This document shows positions 43,801-57,147 of a stretch of 64,000 nt of DNA, piece after piece. This stretch comes from Eledone cirrhosa (lineage: Eukaryota). The position numbers and the translations under genes were made by a program. Within the stretch, counting starts at the first letter, position 1. The number at the start of each line of letters is the position of its first letter. The DNA lies in NCBI GenBank assembly GCA_964016885.1, contig CAXHJY010000929.1, positions 61,120-125,119 of the forward strand, in the 5' to 3' direction. Under the pieces are notes generated by a model that ran no database searches, was not told where the DNA came from, and saw only the letters and a list, made by a program, of their open reading frames with translations.

Positions 43801-44691
43801 AGTTTATTATGACACCAACACTATTGAGGTTGTCTTGTCACTTACAAGGTTTAGGAGTCCTCTTAACTCCATATAGTCTCTGTATTTTCAAGGCAAATGT
43901 AACTGAGAGGTGTCTGTGAATATAGTGTGTGATGAGGCTGAAGATAGAGATAGGATGGTAAGGGAAAAAGTGATGGATAGCTATGTGGTGATTGTTGGTA
44001 AGTTACATGGGAAATATTTTACAATAAACATTTACTTTTTCTCTTCACCAGATCAAAAAAGATGATAGAAGAAAATGAAATCCACTTAAAAGATATAGAA
44101 ACAATCTTACAGGTAAGATGTCAACCTGACTTTCTCATTTTTTAACCTTTGCATTACCATATTTCTAATGAAGGACACTGCCTATAAATCAAAATTTGGA
44201 CGAATAACTAACTTTATTATTATTAAGCTAGTTTTGGAACGTAAAGGGTCAACATTTTGGTGGAATGTTTTGAGATAAATATAAACACTTAAGTTTTGCA
44301 TCATGGAACCAGTAGATTGAGAAAAAATTGAATTAAAACTTTTATTTGCCAGTAAATATATGAAATTTTAAATGTGTGAGTCCCAATGCTAATGACCATA
44401 ATAATAGTTAATCACTACAAATATTTGTAGTGGTTGACTATTATTTTAGTCATTTGCGTTGGGAAGCACATTTCAAATTTTTCCAATTCTTAAGTTAATT
44501 GCTTCGTTTATATCATTGTTAATATTTGTTGTTTGTGTGTATCTTTTCAGAATGACCGTCGATATTTGGTTTTAGACTGCATCGCAGAAGATCGTAAAAA
44601 GATTCTTTTATCGTACATTGATGATTTAGATCGCAAGGGAGTCCCTCCACCCCCGACAGCTTCGGAACCATCTAGAAGAACCACCAAATAA
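1..44691 (+). CDS. TCERG1: Transcription elongation regulator 1 (CA150), multi-exon gene, 5' end outside window
   Basis: 19 exons with GT/AG ends and matching phases: 1-79, 322-517, 5754-6128, 10232-10428, 15225-15354, 18385-18542, 19380-19477, 20583-20731, 22405-22453, 22864-23032, 24972-25180, 25998-26148, 38677-38844, 39527-39709, 40497-40676, 41625-41708, 42245-42345, 44052-44112, 44551-44691. The spliced length from base 2 is 2877 nt, divisible by 3. Three WW domains, FF repeats and the TCERG1-type C-terminus are present. Confidence 0.95.
322..517 (+). CDS. TCERG1: TCERG1 exon, C-half of WW1
   Basis: ctgtag|[22 protein letters not shown]...VAQ G|GTAATT. Confidence 0.93.
2437..4927 (+). 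mobile_element. piggyBac DNA transposon, full length (~2.5 kb)
   Basis: TTAA TSDs at 2433-2436 and 4928-4931; TIRs CCCTTTAGCATTCA / TGAATGCTAAAAGG; transposase inside. Confidence 0.93.
2656..4331 (+). pseudogene. piggyBac (PGBD4-like) transposase, four frameshifts
   Basis: Overlapping ORFs with [40 protein letters not shown] and a C-terminal Cys-rich domain [17 protein letters not shown]. The acidic N-terminus is open from 2656. Confidence 0.9.
5754..6128 (+). CDS. TCERG1: TCERG1 low-complexity Q/P/S/T exon with poly-Thr
   Basis: ttgcag acceptor, open phase 1-1, [11 protein letters not shown]...TTTTTT...GISPFP. The donor A|GTATGG is weak, so the end is less certain. Confidence 0.65.
6943..7340 (+). 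mobile_element. TTAA-flanked MITE family 1, internally duplicated copy
   Basis: The core TGTAATGATTTAG..AATAT occurs twice; ends GTTAAGAG-TTAA. Confidence 0.65.
8168..8481 (+). mobile_element. tRNA-derived SINE family A (CORE-like middle, RTE-type tail), 5' truncated
   Basis: B-box GTTCAATTC, CCTTGAGCAAGACACTT, (GAT)n tail; near-identical to 57148-57495 on the opposite strand. Confidence 0.85.
9473..9692 (+). mobile_element. TTAA-flanked MITE family 1 (piggyBac-type)
   Basis: TTAA-CTCATAACATCCTGTA ... TACAGGACGTTAAGAA-TTAA; seven or more copies in the window. Confidence 0.8.
10232..10428 (+). CDS. TCERG1: TCERG1 exon (P/T/A-rich linker)
   Basis: tttgtag|[15 protein letters not shown]...EKPPQGQ|GTTTGT; phase-consistent. 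Confidence 0.8.
11280..12349 (-). pseudogene. Helitron RepHel N-terminal remnant with a GT-AG intron (12032-12268)
   Basis: MPTWKRSRL...RRSQ|ETPAERE..., repeated EESPT..R.RL units, [11 protein letters not shown], (frameshift) [28 protein letters not shown]. Confidence 0.8.
12470..12729. mobile_element. Tc1/pogo-type MITE nested in the Helitron
   Basis: Right end GCCTTATAGAGCGGAAAATACGG-TA; degenerate left end TA-GCGAATTTTCTGGCCTATAAAGGGCAC; internal GCCTTATA..CCGGTG repeats. Confidence 0.6.
15225..15354 (+). CDS. TCERG1: TCERG1 exon, WW2
   Basis: [44 protein letters not shown]|GTAAGA. Confidence 0.92.
16794..17025 (+). mobile_element. TTAA-flanked MITE family 1
   Basis: TTAA-CTCTTAAC ... 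GTTAAGAG-TTAA. Confidence 0.8.
17280..17468 (+). mobile_element. tRNA-derived SINE family B
   Basis: GGCGGTGAATTGGCAG...GGTTCAAATCCC...CTTTTCATCCTT..GGTCGATAAAATAA.GTACC; many copies. Confidence 0.85.
18385..18542 (+). CDS. TCERG1: TCERG1 exon (acidic linker)
   Basis: [11 protein letters not shown]...KEEEEKSDE|GTAAGG; phase 1 to 0. Confidence 0.85.
19053..19232 (-). mobile_element. tRNA-derived SINE family B
   Basis: Reverse complement of 17280-17468 with few differences. Confidence 0.85.
19380..19477 (+). CDS. TCERG1: TCERG1 exon, start of WW3
   Basis: [33 protein letters not shown]|GTAGGT. Confidence 0.92.
20583..20731 (+). CDS. TCERG1: TCERG1 exon, WW3
   Basis: [25 protein letters not shown]... 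Confidence 0.93.
20799..22240. repeat. 32-bp minisatellite (CTCTACCTCTAATTTCTGTCCTATTACACCCA)n, ~45 copies
   Basis: Direct periodicity of 32 nt with few variants. Confidence 0.97.
22405..22453 (+). CDS. TCERG1: TCERG1 small exon with NLS-like PATKKKK
   Basis: ttccag|[15 protein letters not shown]|GTAAGT; needed for phase continuity. Confidence 0.88.
22469..22650 (+). mobile_element. TTAA-flanked MITE family 2
   Basis: TTAA-CCCTTTTGATACC ... GTAACAAAAGAG-TTAA; related copies near 9880-10110, 34820-35070 and 40170-40390. Confidence 0.7.
22864..23032 (+). CDS. TCERG1: TCERG1 exon, start of FF1
   Basis: [35 protein letters not shown]|GT. Confidence 0.93.
23870..24670 (-). mobile_element. Degenerate RTE-clade LINE 3' fragment
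   Basis: The minus strand gives frameshifted RT C-terminal remnants ([29 protein letters not shown]) with many stops. Confidence 0.7.
24972..25180 (+). CDS. TCERG1: TCERG1 exon, FF1/FF2
   Basis: [23 protein letters not shown]...EEAKLHGK. Confidence 0.95.
25998..26148 (+). CDS. TCERG1: TCERG1 exon, FF2
   Basis: [29 protein letters not shown]...KER|GTATGT. Confidence 0.95.
28370..28587 (-). mobile_element. TTAA-flanked MITE family 1 (reverse)
   Basis: TTAA-CTCTTAATGTCCTGTA ... TACAGGATATTAAGAG-TTAA. Confidence 0.8.
30435..30700. repeat. (TA)n/(TG)n microsatellite
   Basis: Seen directly. Confidence 0.95.
34169..34388 (-). mobile_element. Non-autonomous MITE derived from the same piggyBac lineage as 2437-4927
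   Basis: Ends CCCTTTAGCATTCACATT and GGTTTGAACATTAAAGGG-TTAA match the two ends of the autonomous element; the interior resembles the reverse complement of 2520-2595. Confidence 0.8.
38677..38844 (+). CDS. TCERG1: TCERG1 exon, FF3
   Basis: [11 protein letters not shown]...[29 protein letters not shown]. Confidence 0.94.
39527..39709 (+). CDS. TCERG1: TCERG1 exon, coiled linker and start of FF4
   Basis: [16 protein letters not shown]...[13 protein letters not shown]|GTAAGT. Confidence 0.94.
40497..40676 (+). CDS. TCERG1: TCERG1 exon, FF4/FF5
   Basis: [22 protein letters not shown]...LLDETLQ|GTAAAC. Confidence 0.94.
41625..41708 (+). CDS. TCERG1: TCERG1 exon, FF5
   Basis: [28 protein letters not shown]|GTGAGT. 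Confidence 0.93.
42245..42345 (+). CDS. TCERG1: TCERG1 exon, FF5/FF6
   Basis: [34 protein letters not shown]|GTATGT. Confidence 0.93.
43199..43390. repeat. 32-bp minisatellite (TAGGTTAACAGTTGTGGAGATATAGTCATTGT)~6
   Basis: Direct tandem repeats. Confidence 0.9.
44052..44112 (+). CDS. TCERG1: TCERG1 exon, FF6
   Basis: [20 protein letters not shown]|GTAAGA. Confidence 0.92.
44551..44691 (+). CDS. TCERG1: TCERG1 last coding exon
   Basis: [49 protein letters not shown]. Confidence 0.95.
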   Translation, partial: NDRRYLVLDCIAEDRKKILLSYIDDLDRKGVPPPPTASEPSRRTTK

Positions 44692-47600
44692 TGATAGATT
44701 TCTGATTAAGGCAGAGGAAAAACTGTTGCATTGTTTCTAGCTTCTCATTTTCTTGTTTTATCTTTCACACATTTTATACGATACATTTCCAAAGTTCCAG
44801 CTCCACAAACTACTGACTCCTATTTTAGATTACTTCCATCGTTCATATTCCTTCTTACTGTAGCTAAATTACCAAAGCCAGCAAAGCTATAACATTTTAA
44901 ACTGCTGCCTGATCCTCCTCCTCCTTCAACTCATTCGTTCCAGTTCTTCCTGGTTCTATAAACATTGGACTCAGCAATATTACAATAATAATACTAACAG
45001 CATTATTAGCAGCACAGTTGGCTTTTTTTTTTTTTTTTTTTTTTTCAATTTCATGATTTTTATTTTGTTTTATACATTTTATTTCCATGTAAATTATAAT
45101 TAAAACAAATGAATGGGAAGATAATTATTTTTTAAATTTTATTTACATTCTTTTACAATTAAAGGTCTACCATCAAAAGCTGTACCTTCCATTACCATTA
45201 AAGACCCCTACCATCAAAAGCTGTTCCATGCATAACAATTAAAAAGCCCCTTACCATCAAAAGGTGTACCTTCCATTACAATTAATGACTCCTACTTGTA
45301 CTTATGTCGGCGTCCAACCAGTACACTTACAGCATCAGAAAGAGGCCACTCATCCACAAGTATCCAATGGTGGATCACTTATGTGCAAGGACCAGGCATT
45401 CACTTAAGATCAGACTTGACCACGCCAATCCATGTTTTCAGATGGCCAACTTACTGTTTACGCTTTTCTGAGAGGGGCTTTGGTAGTACTGCAGTGGAGT
45501 GTATGACCAGAGCAATGGAGGTGGGTAAGTTTATCTTGTGGGCAGTGGAGTGTGGCTAAACTAATGGAGGTGTCTTAAGTTTGTCATCATCGTTTAACGC
45601 TAGCACGAGTTTGGAAGGAATCAATCAAGTTTCAACAAACTTTTGACTTAGATACAAAATCCAAAGCACAAACATGGAGGTCAAATGCAAAGGGGATCCA
45701 AAACTCATCTAGCCTTCCACGTTTTTAATGTAAACAGAGACTTGTGATTTTCCTTTACCTGTTAATATTGTTGCGGCATCAAACTTAGTTTTATAAATGT
45801 AATTCCAGCCTTATCACTCTCAATTGCACTGAGAATTACATTATTGGTACATGTCTGTGGGGTGAGCAGACTGTTCCTTAGATAAAACAACTGGAATCCT
45901 TTCCACCCCATTACATTTGTTGGATCTTTAAATATAACTAATTCCAGCTCTGTGTGTGTGTGTGGTGTGGTGTGTCATCAGGCAGTGAATTGGCAAAGTC
46001 ATTAGAACTTCAGATAGAATGCTTGGTGGTATTTGTTTGGGCTCTCAGTTCAAATTCTGCTAAAGTCAACTTAGCATCTCCTTTCTAGATTGATCAGTAC
46101 TAGGATTGATTCTTCCTTACTTTGTTTCTATTACTTCTTTTCTGGAAAGAATTGGCTGTGTTCAGACCTGGAGAGGAGATAGACTACACCAGGTTTTAAA
46201 AAAAGGCTCAGGGAGCACTCATTACAGTGTCCCTATGACTCCAGCAGGAGTTGTGGGTCAAAAGAAGAAATATTTTATCATGTCTACTTCCTTGTGTTGG
46301 CATGGGTATCACAGCCTGAAGATAGATGTTTAGATACTACTGGATACCCTGCATCATTTTCGCAAGCGTGGGTTGGGAGACCGTGTCTCGCTTGTACAGA
46401 ACTGTCTCTGGCTGGATGCACTTCCTAACACCAACCACATTTACTGTGTGGACTGGGTGCTTTATGTTGTCACACAACCACTTTATAATGAACGGAAATA
46501 GGAGGATGGAGTAGGGTGTATACTTGGTACATTTATGCTAAGCAATGGCAAGATTGGAGTCTTCTTTATCCAGTATTGTCTGTTAGATAGTCAACCACAG
46601 TGTACTGGTTGTATTTTATGTTACCAACACTCGGGAGGTTGTCAGGTCTTTAGAAATACTATCTATTATCAAATAATTTTGGAGGGATTTAGTAAATATG
46701 GTTTTGTATTAAGGTGTTTAAAACAACTCGATTCTTATATAAAACTTTCCATCATAATTTAAAGTAAGAACCAGGGTTAGTTTCAAGCAGTTTGATATCC
46801 AGTCCAGAGAGGTTAAGGATCGTTTTTCTTTTTTTTTTTAGCTGAAACGAGTAAAAAGTACTCGCTTTTACATGTCATCATAAAAATGTGATTTTTAAAA
46901 AGTCTAAGAATGGTAATTATATTTTATGGAAATAAGAGGCTGGAGAAGAAAAAACAACAAACAACATTATTGTGAGATATGGTATTTATTTCATGGTTTT
47001 GGTCTCCTTTGAAACAATTTATTTATATATTTAATAATATATTTCCCTGCATGGTAGAAAATACCAGCAAATGTAGAAGGGGAGGCAATATTGTTGCCAT
47101 CTTCAGTCTAGTGTCTTCCATACTTGGGGTGTGTGTGATGTGGCTGTATATATATGTGTGTGTATGTGGCTGGGAATTTGTTCAGTTTGATTAGCAGGTC
47201 TTTCTCTCTCTTATTTCAGCAACATCTCTTTAAATCATAAATATCTCTACTGAAGCCCATTCTGATTTCTAGAGAAATGTTATTTCATAAATGTCTTTTA
47301 TGATAAAAAGTAAAAATAAAAGAAAGCACCAGTTTTCAGGAAAATAAATTTGTCAATGTTATATTTAAGATGAAGCACAGCTCCATTTTATTTTAAATAG
47401 ATTAAAAGGAGAAAAAAAAAAAAAAAAAAATGGATGGATGACTTTTTTTTTAATTCTTGCAGAGTTTAAATTCCTCTTTTTATGAATATAGGAAAAGAAA
47501 CATCAATGCGTGCCAATTATGAAAAAATATCCACAGAAAAAAAATTAAAATGAAAAAAATATATATATATATATATCATGGTGTGTGTGAAACCTGAAAA

Positions 47601-48691
47601 GGTGCTTTTTTGTTATTTTCAAGTCTAAAAAGTATGGTACAAAAAAACTGACAATGTAAAATGATGTTCTTAGTTTAAAACTTGTTTTAAACGTATGACA
47701 AGAAAATATATATGTATAGATGAATGAAAAATGATCTTCAAAAGATTTATTTCTCTCACACTCTGTCCAAGAAATTTAGGAAAAAAAAAAACCTTTGGGT
47801 CATGGACGTTAAATCAATTGAAGGAAATACTTTGATTTTTGAGCATGTTTTATATAAACTAACTAGCACAACAATGAAAGGTTGGACCAAGTGCAGACAA
47901 AAAGTACAAGTATTTGGGATCCACCTTTCCTCTCTTTAAATTTTGTACAGTTTCCCCAAAAGTTTGAGTCATTTCTTTTTACAGGTAAGTCAACAAATGA
48001 AATACATTCATTAGCTATTGACTAAGGAGTTAACTATGTTGGCTGGCTAACCTTTTACTGTTACTCATGTTCACAAACCATTAATGAAGAAATATAAAGA
48101 GCTTGCTACTATTGTTTTATTCTGATGTCTATGACTACTAATACTACTAGTTGTAGTAGTAAATCTTATGAGATTACAAGACTCAGGCTAAATTGAAAGA
48201 AGTATCTATTAAGCCTATGATTTAAAATGATGATCATGGCTAATGGTGGAGATACAATATTTAAAACAGTTATACATGTTACTAATACTAAATGATAATA
48301 GTATCTTTATTTAGAAATATTTTCATAACCAGTCTATTATATCTACTTTAGATTTTCTTGTTCAAGTTAGTTGTAAACCATCTCCAAAGTTAAGATGTAT
48401 CAGCAGAAAAAGTATTTTTTTGCTTCCCTTTCCCCCTTTCTCTCAATGAAACGGCAAACAATGACACTAGCAGTTAACTGAGAGACAAATAGTCTATATA
48501 GAGTATCATATACTATAGTGAGCTGTAATAAAGTATCAAATACTGGGTGTTTTAGTAGAGTATCCTATATATATAGTGTAGTATGTTGTACAGTATCTTA
48601 TATATAGTAATTATATTATTGTGTTGTAGTATAATGTGTGGAAGAATATGAGTGAAAGTATAGCAGAAAATGAAGCCATTTTTATAGTTGA

Positions 48692-49093
48692 ATAACTCTT
48701 AACATCCTGTAATGATTTAGCAGAAAATGTCTAAAAATGGGTACCTTGAATGTAAATAGATTGTGAAAATTTGTAGCATTAGACTAAAACCATTTTCTAC
48801 TACTTTAGGCACAAGGCCAGTAATTTGAGGGGGGAGGGGGTCGATTCAATCAACCCTACTGCTTACTGGTACTGTATTTTATCGACTCCGTAAGGTATGC
48901 TGAAAATCATGGTGTCCGATGCTCGACTGATACTGCCAATCCACCGTCCTTAAATTATGCTAAAAAGGTACTGTGTGCATATCATTACATAAGAGTTATC
49001 TCTCTTACATTAAAGAGTTTATTAATGTTTTGTACTTTTCAACAATGTCTTGTTACTGCGTTTTTATGTGGTACAGGATGTTAAGAGTCTTAA
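48692..49093 (+). mobile_element. MITE family 1 with a family-B SINE (48794-48950, minus strand) nested inside
   Basis: CTCTTAACATCCTGTA ... TACAGGATGTTAAGAG ends enclosing a SINE reverse complement. Confidence 0.7.
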
Positions 49094-50838
49094 AAAAAAA
49101 ATGTTTAAATGCAGATATTGAAAGCAGCAGAAACAGATTTTGAGAGCGCGGAAAAAAAAGAAAATCGAAAGCATGGTATTTAAAAAAACAGGAACCATAC
49201 AATTTTACCAAATCTAACATGGGGACTAAAATAAACATTTAAATCTAGTACACATACAAAGGACTGGCGTAAAAAATAGGGCTGCAAACAGCAAGTAAAA
49301 AAGAAAACCTCTGGTTCTTTGTGAAAGTGTGAAAAATATTGCTTAAAGTTTAGAGGTAAATATCTATTTGTCATTAAAAAATGACTTAACTGTTGTAGAA
49401 TTTTTTGTACAAAGAAGAGAAGTTTGAAATATTTTTAATTGTTGTTGAGTTGTTAAAATATGAACTTGTATCTTGTTAAAATAATTTGGCTGGGTGGAGC
49501 CACTGATATTAGTAATCAGGGAAGTGGTGGCAATGATGTTGGTCATCAGGTTAACACCCTCCTCCACTGTTGTGGTGATGTTGATGCTGTAGGATATTTT
49601 GTTAAGTTGCCAACTCAAAAACATTGTGTGTGAGAAATCTGTTGGGTTAAGGGCGGGTGTGGGTGGGGGAGTAAGAGGTGAAAGTTGAAGATAAAGAAAA
49701 ATACAAAAGAAAAGCAGAAACCAACAACAACAAAAATAAAACATTGATTCTCAAGGTGCAGGCAATAGGATGATAAAAATGAAGGGAAGGAGGAAATGTT
49801 ATAAAGATGAGGAGAAACATGAGGGTGGTGGTGTAAATAGCAGAACAACTAAATTTTAGTACAAAGTTCAGGAGGTCTTTTGGATTCTAAAGATGTAAAG
49901 AAAGTATTGGAGGTAGCCTCTCCTTTTAGGGGAGAGGGGGGAGGGGGAGGTATTCTGACTTCTGTAGTGTCAAAGTTTTAAATAAGAGAAATTGTGTACA
50001 TTATTATTATTATTATTATTATTAATGGTTTCATTTATTAGCCACAAGAGCCGAATCATTATAATTAATAATAATTTCTTTCATTAGCCACATAGGGCTC
50101 ACAATAATAATAATAATAATCCTAACTACTTGTTGATGGCTTTTAATAGTAAACAACAGCAGTTGTGAAGAGGTGGTTCCAATAGCACCAATAATGCAAT
50201 GGTATTTTAATAAGTTAACAGCAAACTGAGCAGGCATTGTTTCGTATCTACCCTTCAATGATTGCTGATCCACCAGATTATTTGCTATGACTTCTTTTAG
50301 ATAGCTGGATTTTTTTTTTGTTGTTTTTGTTTTTTTGTTTGTTTATTTTTGATCGTTTTTATTATATATATTTTGTAATGATTTGATTTGATTTATTTGT
50401 TTGTTTGTTTTATTATAAGACAGGCTATCAGTTGGTATCGCGAGGCTGAAAGAGAGAAAGAATGGAAAGTGAGAGATATGAAGAAAAAAAAAAAGAGAAA
50501 AAAGAAAAGAAAAAAAAAAGAAAAAAGAAAAAAAACATAAGCATCTGTAATAGCAACACAAACTTATTTGCTGTTCAGATATTTCAGGTTCAAGCAATTG
50601 ATATATATATATATATATATATAGATATATACACGCACATACATGCACATATACATGTAAATATATATATACACATATATATATATACACACGCACACAT
50701 ATACACACACACGCACATATATATACACACACACACATATACACATACATATATATGCAATGTACGAAGCCAAATTTTTGGCTTTTGAAGCACAGAATAT
50801 ATATATATAAATAAGTATATATAAATAAATATATATAT

Positions 50839-50891
<53 letters not shown>

Positions 50892-51258
50892 AATATATAT
50901 ATATAAATATATATATATAAATATATATATATAAATATATATATATATAAATATATATATATAAATATATATAAATAAATATATATATATATAAATAAAT
51001 ATATATATATATAAATAAATATATATATATATATAAATAAATATATATATATATATAAATAAATATATATATATATATAAATAAATATATATATATATAT
51101 AAATAAATATATATATATATAAATAAATATATATATATATAAATAAATATATATATATATAAATAAATATATATATATAAATAAATATATATATATATAT
51201 ATATAAATAAATATATATATAAATAAATATATATATAAATAAATATATATATAAATAA

Positions 51259-51396
<138 letters not shown>

Positions 51397-51409
51397 GTAT
51401 ATATATATT

Positions 51410-51448
<39 letters not shown>

Positions 51449-51503
51449 GTATATATATATATGTATATATATATATGTATATATATATATGTATATATAT
51501 ATT

Positions 51504-51538
<35 letters not shown>

Positions 51539-51539
51539 T

Positions 51540-51631
<92 letters not shown>

Positions 51632-51683
51632 TGTGTATATATATATGTGTATATATATATGTATATATATGTATATATATATT

Positions 51684-51778
<95 letters not shown>

Positions 51779-51819
51779 GTACATATATATATATTTATAT
51801 ATATATTTATATATATGTA

Positions 51820-51902
<83 letters not shown>

Positions 51903-52181
51903 TATGTAAATATATATATATGTAAATATATATATATGTAAATATATATATATGTAAATATATATATATGTAAATATATATATATGTAAATATATATATA
52001 TGTAAATATATATATATGTAAATATATATATATGTAAATATATATATATGTAAATATATATATATGTAAATATATATATATGTAAATATATATATATATA
52101 TAAATATATATATATATAAATATATATAAATATATAAATATATATATATATAAATATATATATATATAAATATATATAAAT

Positions 52182-52257
<76 letters not shown>

Positions 52258-52372
52258 AATATAAATATATAAATATATAAATATAAATAAATATATATAT
52301 ATAAATATATATATATAAATATATATATATAAATATATATATATAAATATAACATATATATATAAATATAAC

Positions 52373-52447
<75 letters not shown>

Positions 52448-52474
52448 AATATATGTATATATATATATATATAA

Positions 52475-52553
<79 letters not shown>

Positions 52554-52691
52554 AATATATGTATATATATATATATATAAATATATATATAACATATATA
52601 TATATATGTATATATATATGTATATATATATATAAATATATATATAACATATATATAAATATATATATATAAATATATATATTTATATTTA

Positions 52692-52739
<48 letters not shown>

Positions 52740-52796
52740 AATATATATATTTATATATATATATATATAAATATATATATTTATATTTAAATATAT

Positions 52797-52827
<31 letters not shown>

Positions 52828-52856
52828 AATATATATATTTATATTTAAATATATAT

Positions 52857-52889
<33 letters not shown>

Positions 52890-52920
52890 AATATATATAT
52901 TTATATTTAAATATATATAT

Positions 52921-52995
<75 letters not shown>

Positions 52996-53060
52996 AATAT
53001 ATATATTTATATTTAAATATATATATAAATATATATATATATAAATATATATATATAAAT

Positions 53061-53115
<55 letters not shown>

Positions 53116-53116
53116 A

Positions 53117-53147
<31 letters not shown>

Positions 53148-53148
53148 A

Positions 53149-53179
<31 letters not shown>

Positions 53180-53180
53180 A

Positions 53181-53211
<31 letters not shown>

Positions 53212-53212
53212 A

Positions 53213-53299
<87 letters not shown>

Positions 53300-53332
53300 A
53301 ATATATATATATAAATATATATATATATAAAT

Positions 53333-53507
<175 letters not shown>

Positions 53508-53542
53508 AATATATATATATATAAATATATATATATATAAAT

Positions 53543-53667
<125 letters not shown>

Positions 53668-53752
53668 AATATATATTTATATATATTATATATATATATA
53701 TTTAAATATATATTTATATATATTTAAATATATATATTTAAATATATATATT

Positions 53753-53783
<31 letters not shown>

Positions 53784-53826
53784 TTATATATATATATTTA
53801 TATATATATATTTATATATATATATT

Positions 53827-53920
<94 letters not shown>

Positions 53921-53934
53921 TATATATATATATT

Positions 53935-53965
<31 letters not shown>

Positions 53966-54072
53966 ATTTATATATATATATATATTTATTTATATATATA
54001 TATTTATATATATATATATATTTATTTATATATATATATTTATATATATATATATTTATATATATATATATT

Positions 54073-54103
<31 letters not shown>

Positions 54104-54104
54104 T

Positions 54105-54135
<31 letters not shown>

Positions 54136-54138
54136 ATT

Positions 54139-54173
<35 letters not shown>

Positions 54174-54242
54174 ATTTATATATATATATATTTATATATA
54201 TATATATTTATATATATATTTATATATATATATATATCTATC

Positions 54243-54275
<33 letters not shown>

Positions 54276-54492
54276 ATCTTTATATATATATATATATTAA
54301 TATATATATATATATATACATATTTATATATATATATATATATACATATTTATATATATATATATATATATATACATATTTATATATATATATATATATA
54401 TATACATATTTATATATATATATATATATATATACATATTTATATATATATATATATATATATACATATTTATATATATATATATATATACA

Positions 54493-54533
<41 letters not shown>

Positions 54534-54674
54534 TTATATATATATATATATATATATACATATTTATATATTTATATATACATATTTATATATATATATT
54601 TATATTTATATATATTTATTTATATATATTTATATATATATATTTATATATATATATATTTATATATTTATATA

Positions 54675-54740
<66 letters not shown>

Positions 54741-54872
54741 ACAGACCTCAGATCATTGAAGCTCACGGTGGAGATGACGAGGGACCGTGACGAGTGGAGA
54801 GATGCTGTGCTGAATAAGACCCGTCCCACACTTGCAAGCAGGGAAAAGCGGACGTAAAATGATGATGATGAT
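54741..54872 (+). mobile_element. RTE LINE extreme 3' end
   Basis: Encodes [38 protein letters not shown] followed by a (GAT)n tail. Confidence 0.75.
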
Positions 54873-54879
54873 ATATATT

Positions 54880-54917
<38 letters not shown>

Positions 54918-54924
54918 TATATAA

Positions 54925-54974
<50 letters not shown>

Positions 54975-55048
54975 ATATAAATATATATATAAATATAAAT
55001 ATATATATATAAATAAATATATATATATAAATAAATATATATATATTA

Positions 55049-55094
<46 letters not shown>

Positions 55095-55285
55095 TATATA
55101 TATATATAAATAAATAAATATATATATATATAAATAAATAAATATATATATATATATATAAATAAATAAATATATATATATATAAATAAATAAATATATA
55201 TATATAAATAAATATATATATATATAAAAATATAAATATATAAATATATATAAATATATATATATATATAAATATATATAAATAT

Positions 55286-55316
<31 letters not shown>

Positions 55317-55333
55317 AATAAATATATATATAA

Positions 55334-55376
<43 letters not shown>

Positions 55377-55616
55377 TATAAATATAAATATATATATATA
55401 TAATGAATCAAAGTTTTGTTTAAATCATTCAATGATTTAAACAAAACTTTGATTCATTATATGTATATATATATATTTATTTATATTTATATATTTATTT
55501 ATATATATATATATTTATTTATATTTATATATTTATTTATATATATATATATTAATTTATATATATATTTATATATATATATATTAATTTATATATATAT
55601 TTATATATATTTATAA

Positions 55617-55842
55617 GACAGTCCACGCTGTAATGTGGCCGTGTAGGCAACACGGTAAAAACCTCCCAGCCCCACACTGTAAATGTGGTTGGTGTTAGGA
55701 AGGGCATCCAACTGTAGAAAACCCGCCAGACAGTCCTATGCGAGCAAGACAACCGCTCTTGCCTCAAGTGGGAAAACCCCCGTCCAAACCCATGCAAGCG
55801 TGGAACACGGACGCTAAACCTGATGATGATGATGATGATGAT
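55617..55842 (+). mobile_element. SINE fragment with RTE-type (GAT)n tail
   Basis: CACTGTAAA.GTGGTTGGTGTTAGGAAGGGCATCC ... CCATGCAAGC ... (GAT)n. Confidence 0.7.
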
Positions 55843-55947
55843 ATATATATATTTATTTATATATATATTTATATATATATTTTTATATATGTATATATAT
55901 ATTTATTTATATATATATTTATATATATATTTTTATATATGTATATA

Positions 55948-56045
<98 letters not shown>

Positions 56046-56240
56046 AACAAAACTTTGATTCATGTAATTTCTATATAACTGCTCTGTAAAACAACTGATG
56101 TTATTACATTGAGCTATTTATCTTACTGGTAATAAGATAGTAATAAATTACTGTCTTTCACTATTTAGGGTATAAAATATATATAACTATAAAAGGTTTT
56201 AATATATACATAACCATAAATAGTATCCTTAATACTATAT
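56046..56240 (+). mobile_element. Solo pseudo-LTR tail of a Naiad relative
   Basis: Diverged reverse complement of 58391-58577. Confidence 0.75.
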
Positions 56241-56632
56241 ATATATATATAAATATATATATATATAAATATATATATATATAAATATATATAAATATAT
56301 ATATATATATATAAATATATATATAAATATATATAAATATATATAAATATATATATATATAAATATATATATATATAAATATATATAAATATATATATAT
56401 ATAAATATATATATATATAAATATATATAAATATAAATATATATAAATATATATATATATAAATATATATATATATAAATATATATATATAAATATATAT
56501 ATATATAAATATATATAAATATATATATATATAAATATATATATATATAAATATATATATATATAAATATATATAAATATATATATATATAAATATATAT
56601 AAATATATATATATATAAATATATATATATAA

Positions 56633-56663
<31 letters not shown>

Positions 56664-56787
56664 AATATATATATATATAAATATATATATATAAATATAA
56701 TGTAGGAGGTGAGTTTTATTGTAGTACAATAAAGCAATGCAGATATCGGATAAGATGCACTCTACAGTTTGTGGGACTGGAGTATGC

Positions 56788-57146
<359 letters not shown>

Positions 57147-57147
57147 A

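Noticed and set aside
46800-50800. 3' UTR of a convergent minus-strand gene
   Set aside because: The composition is suggestive, but I could identify no coding exon or clear poly(A) site.
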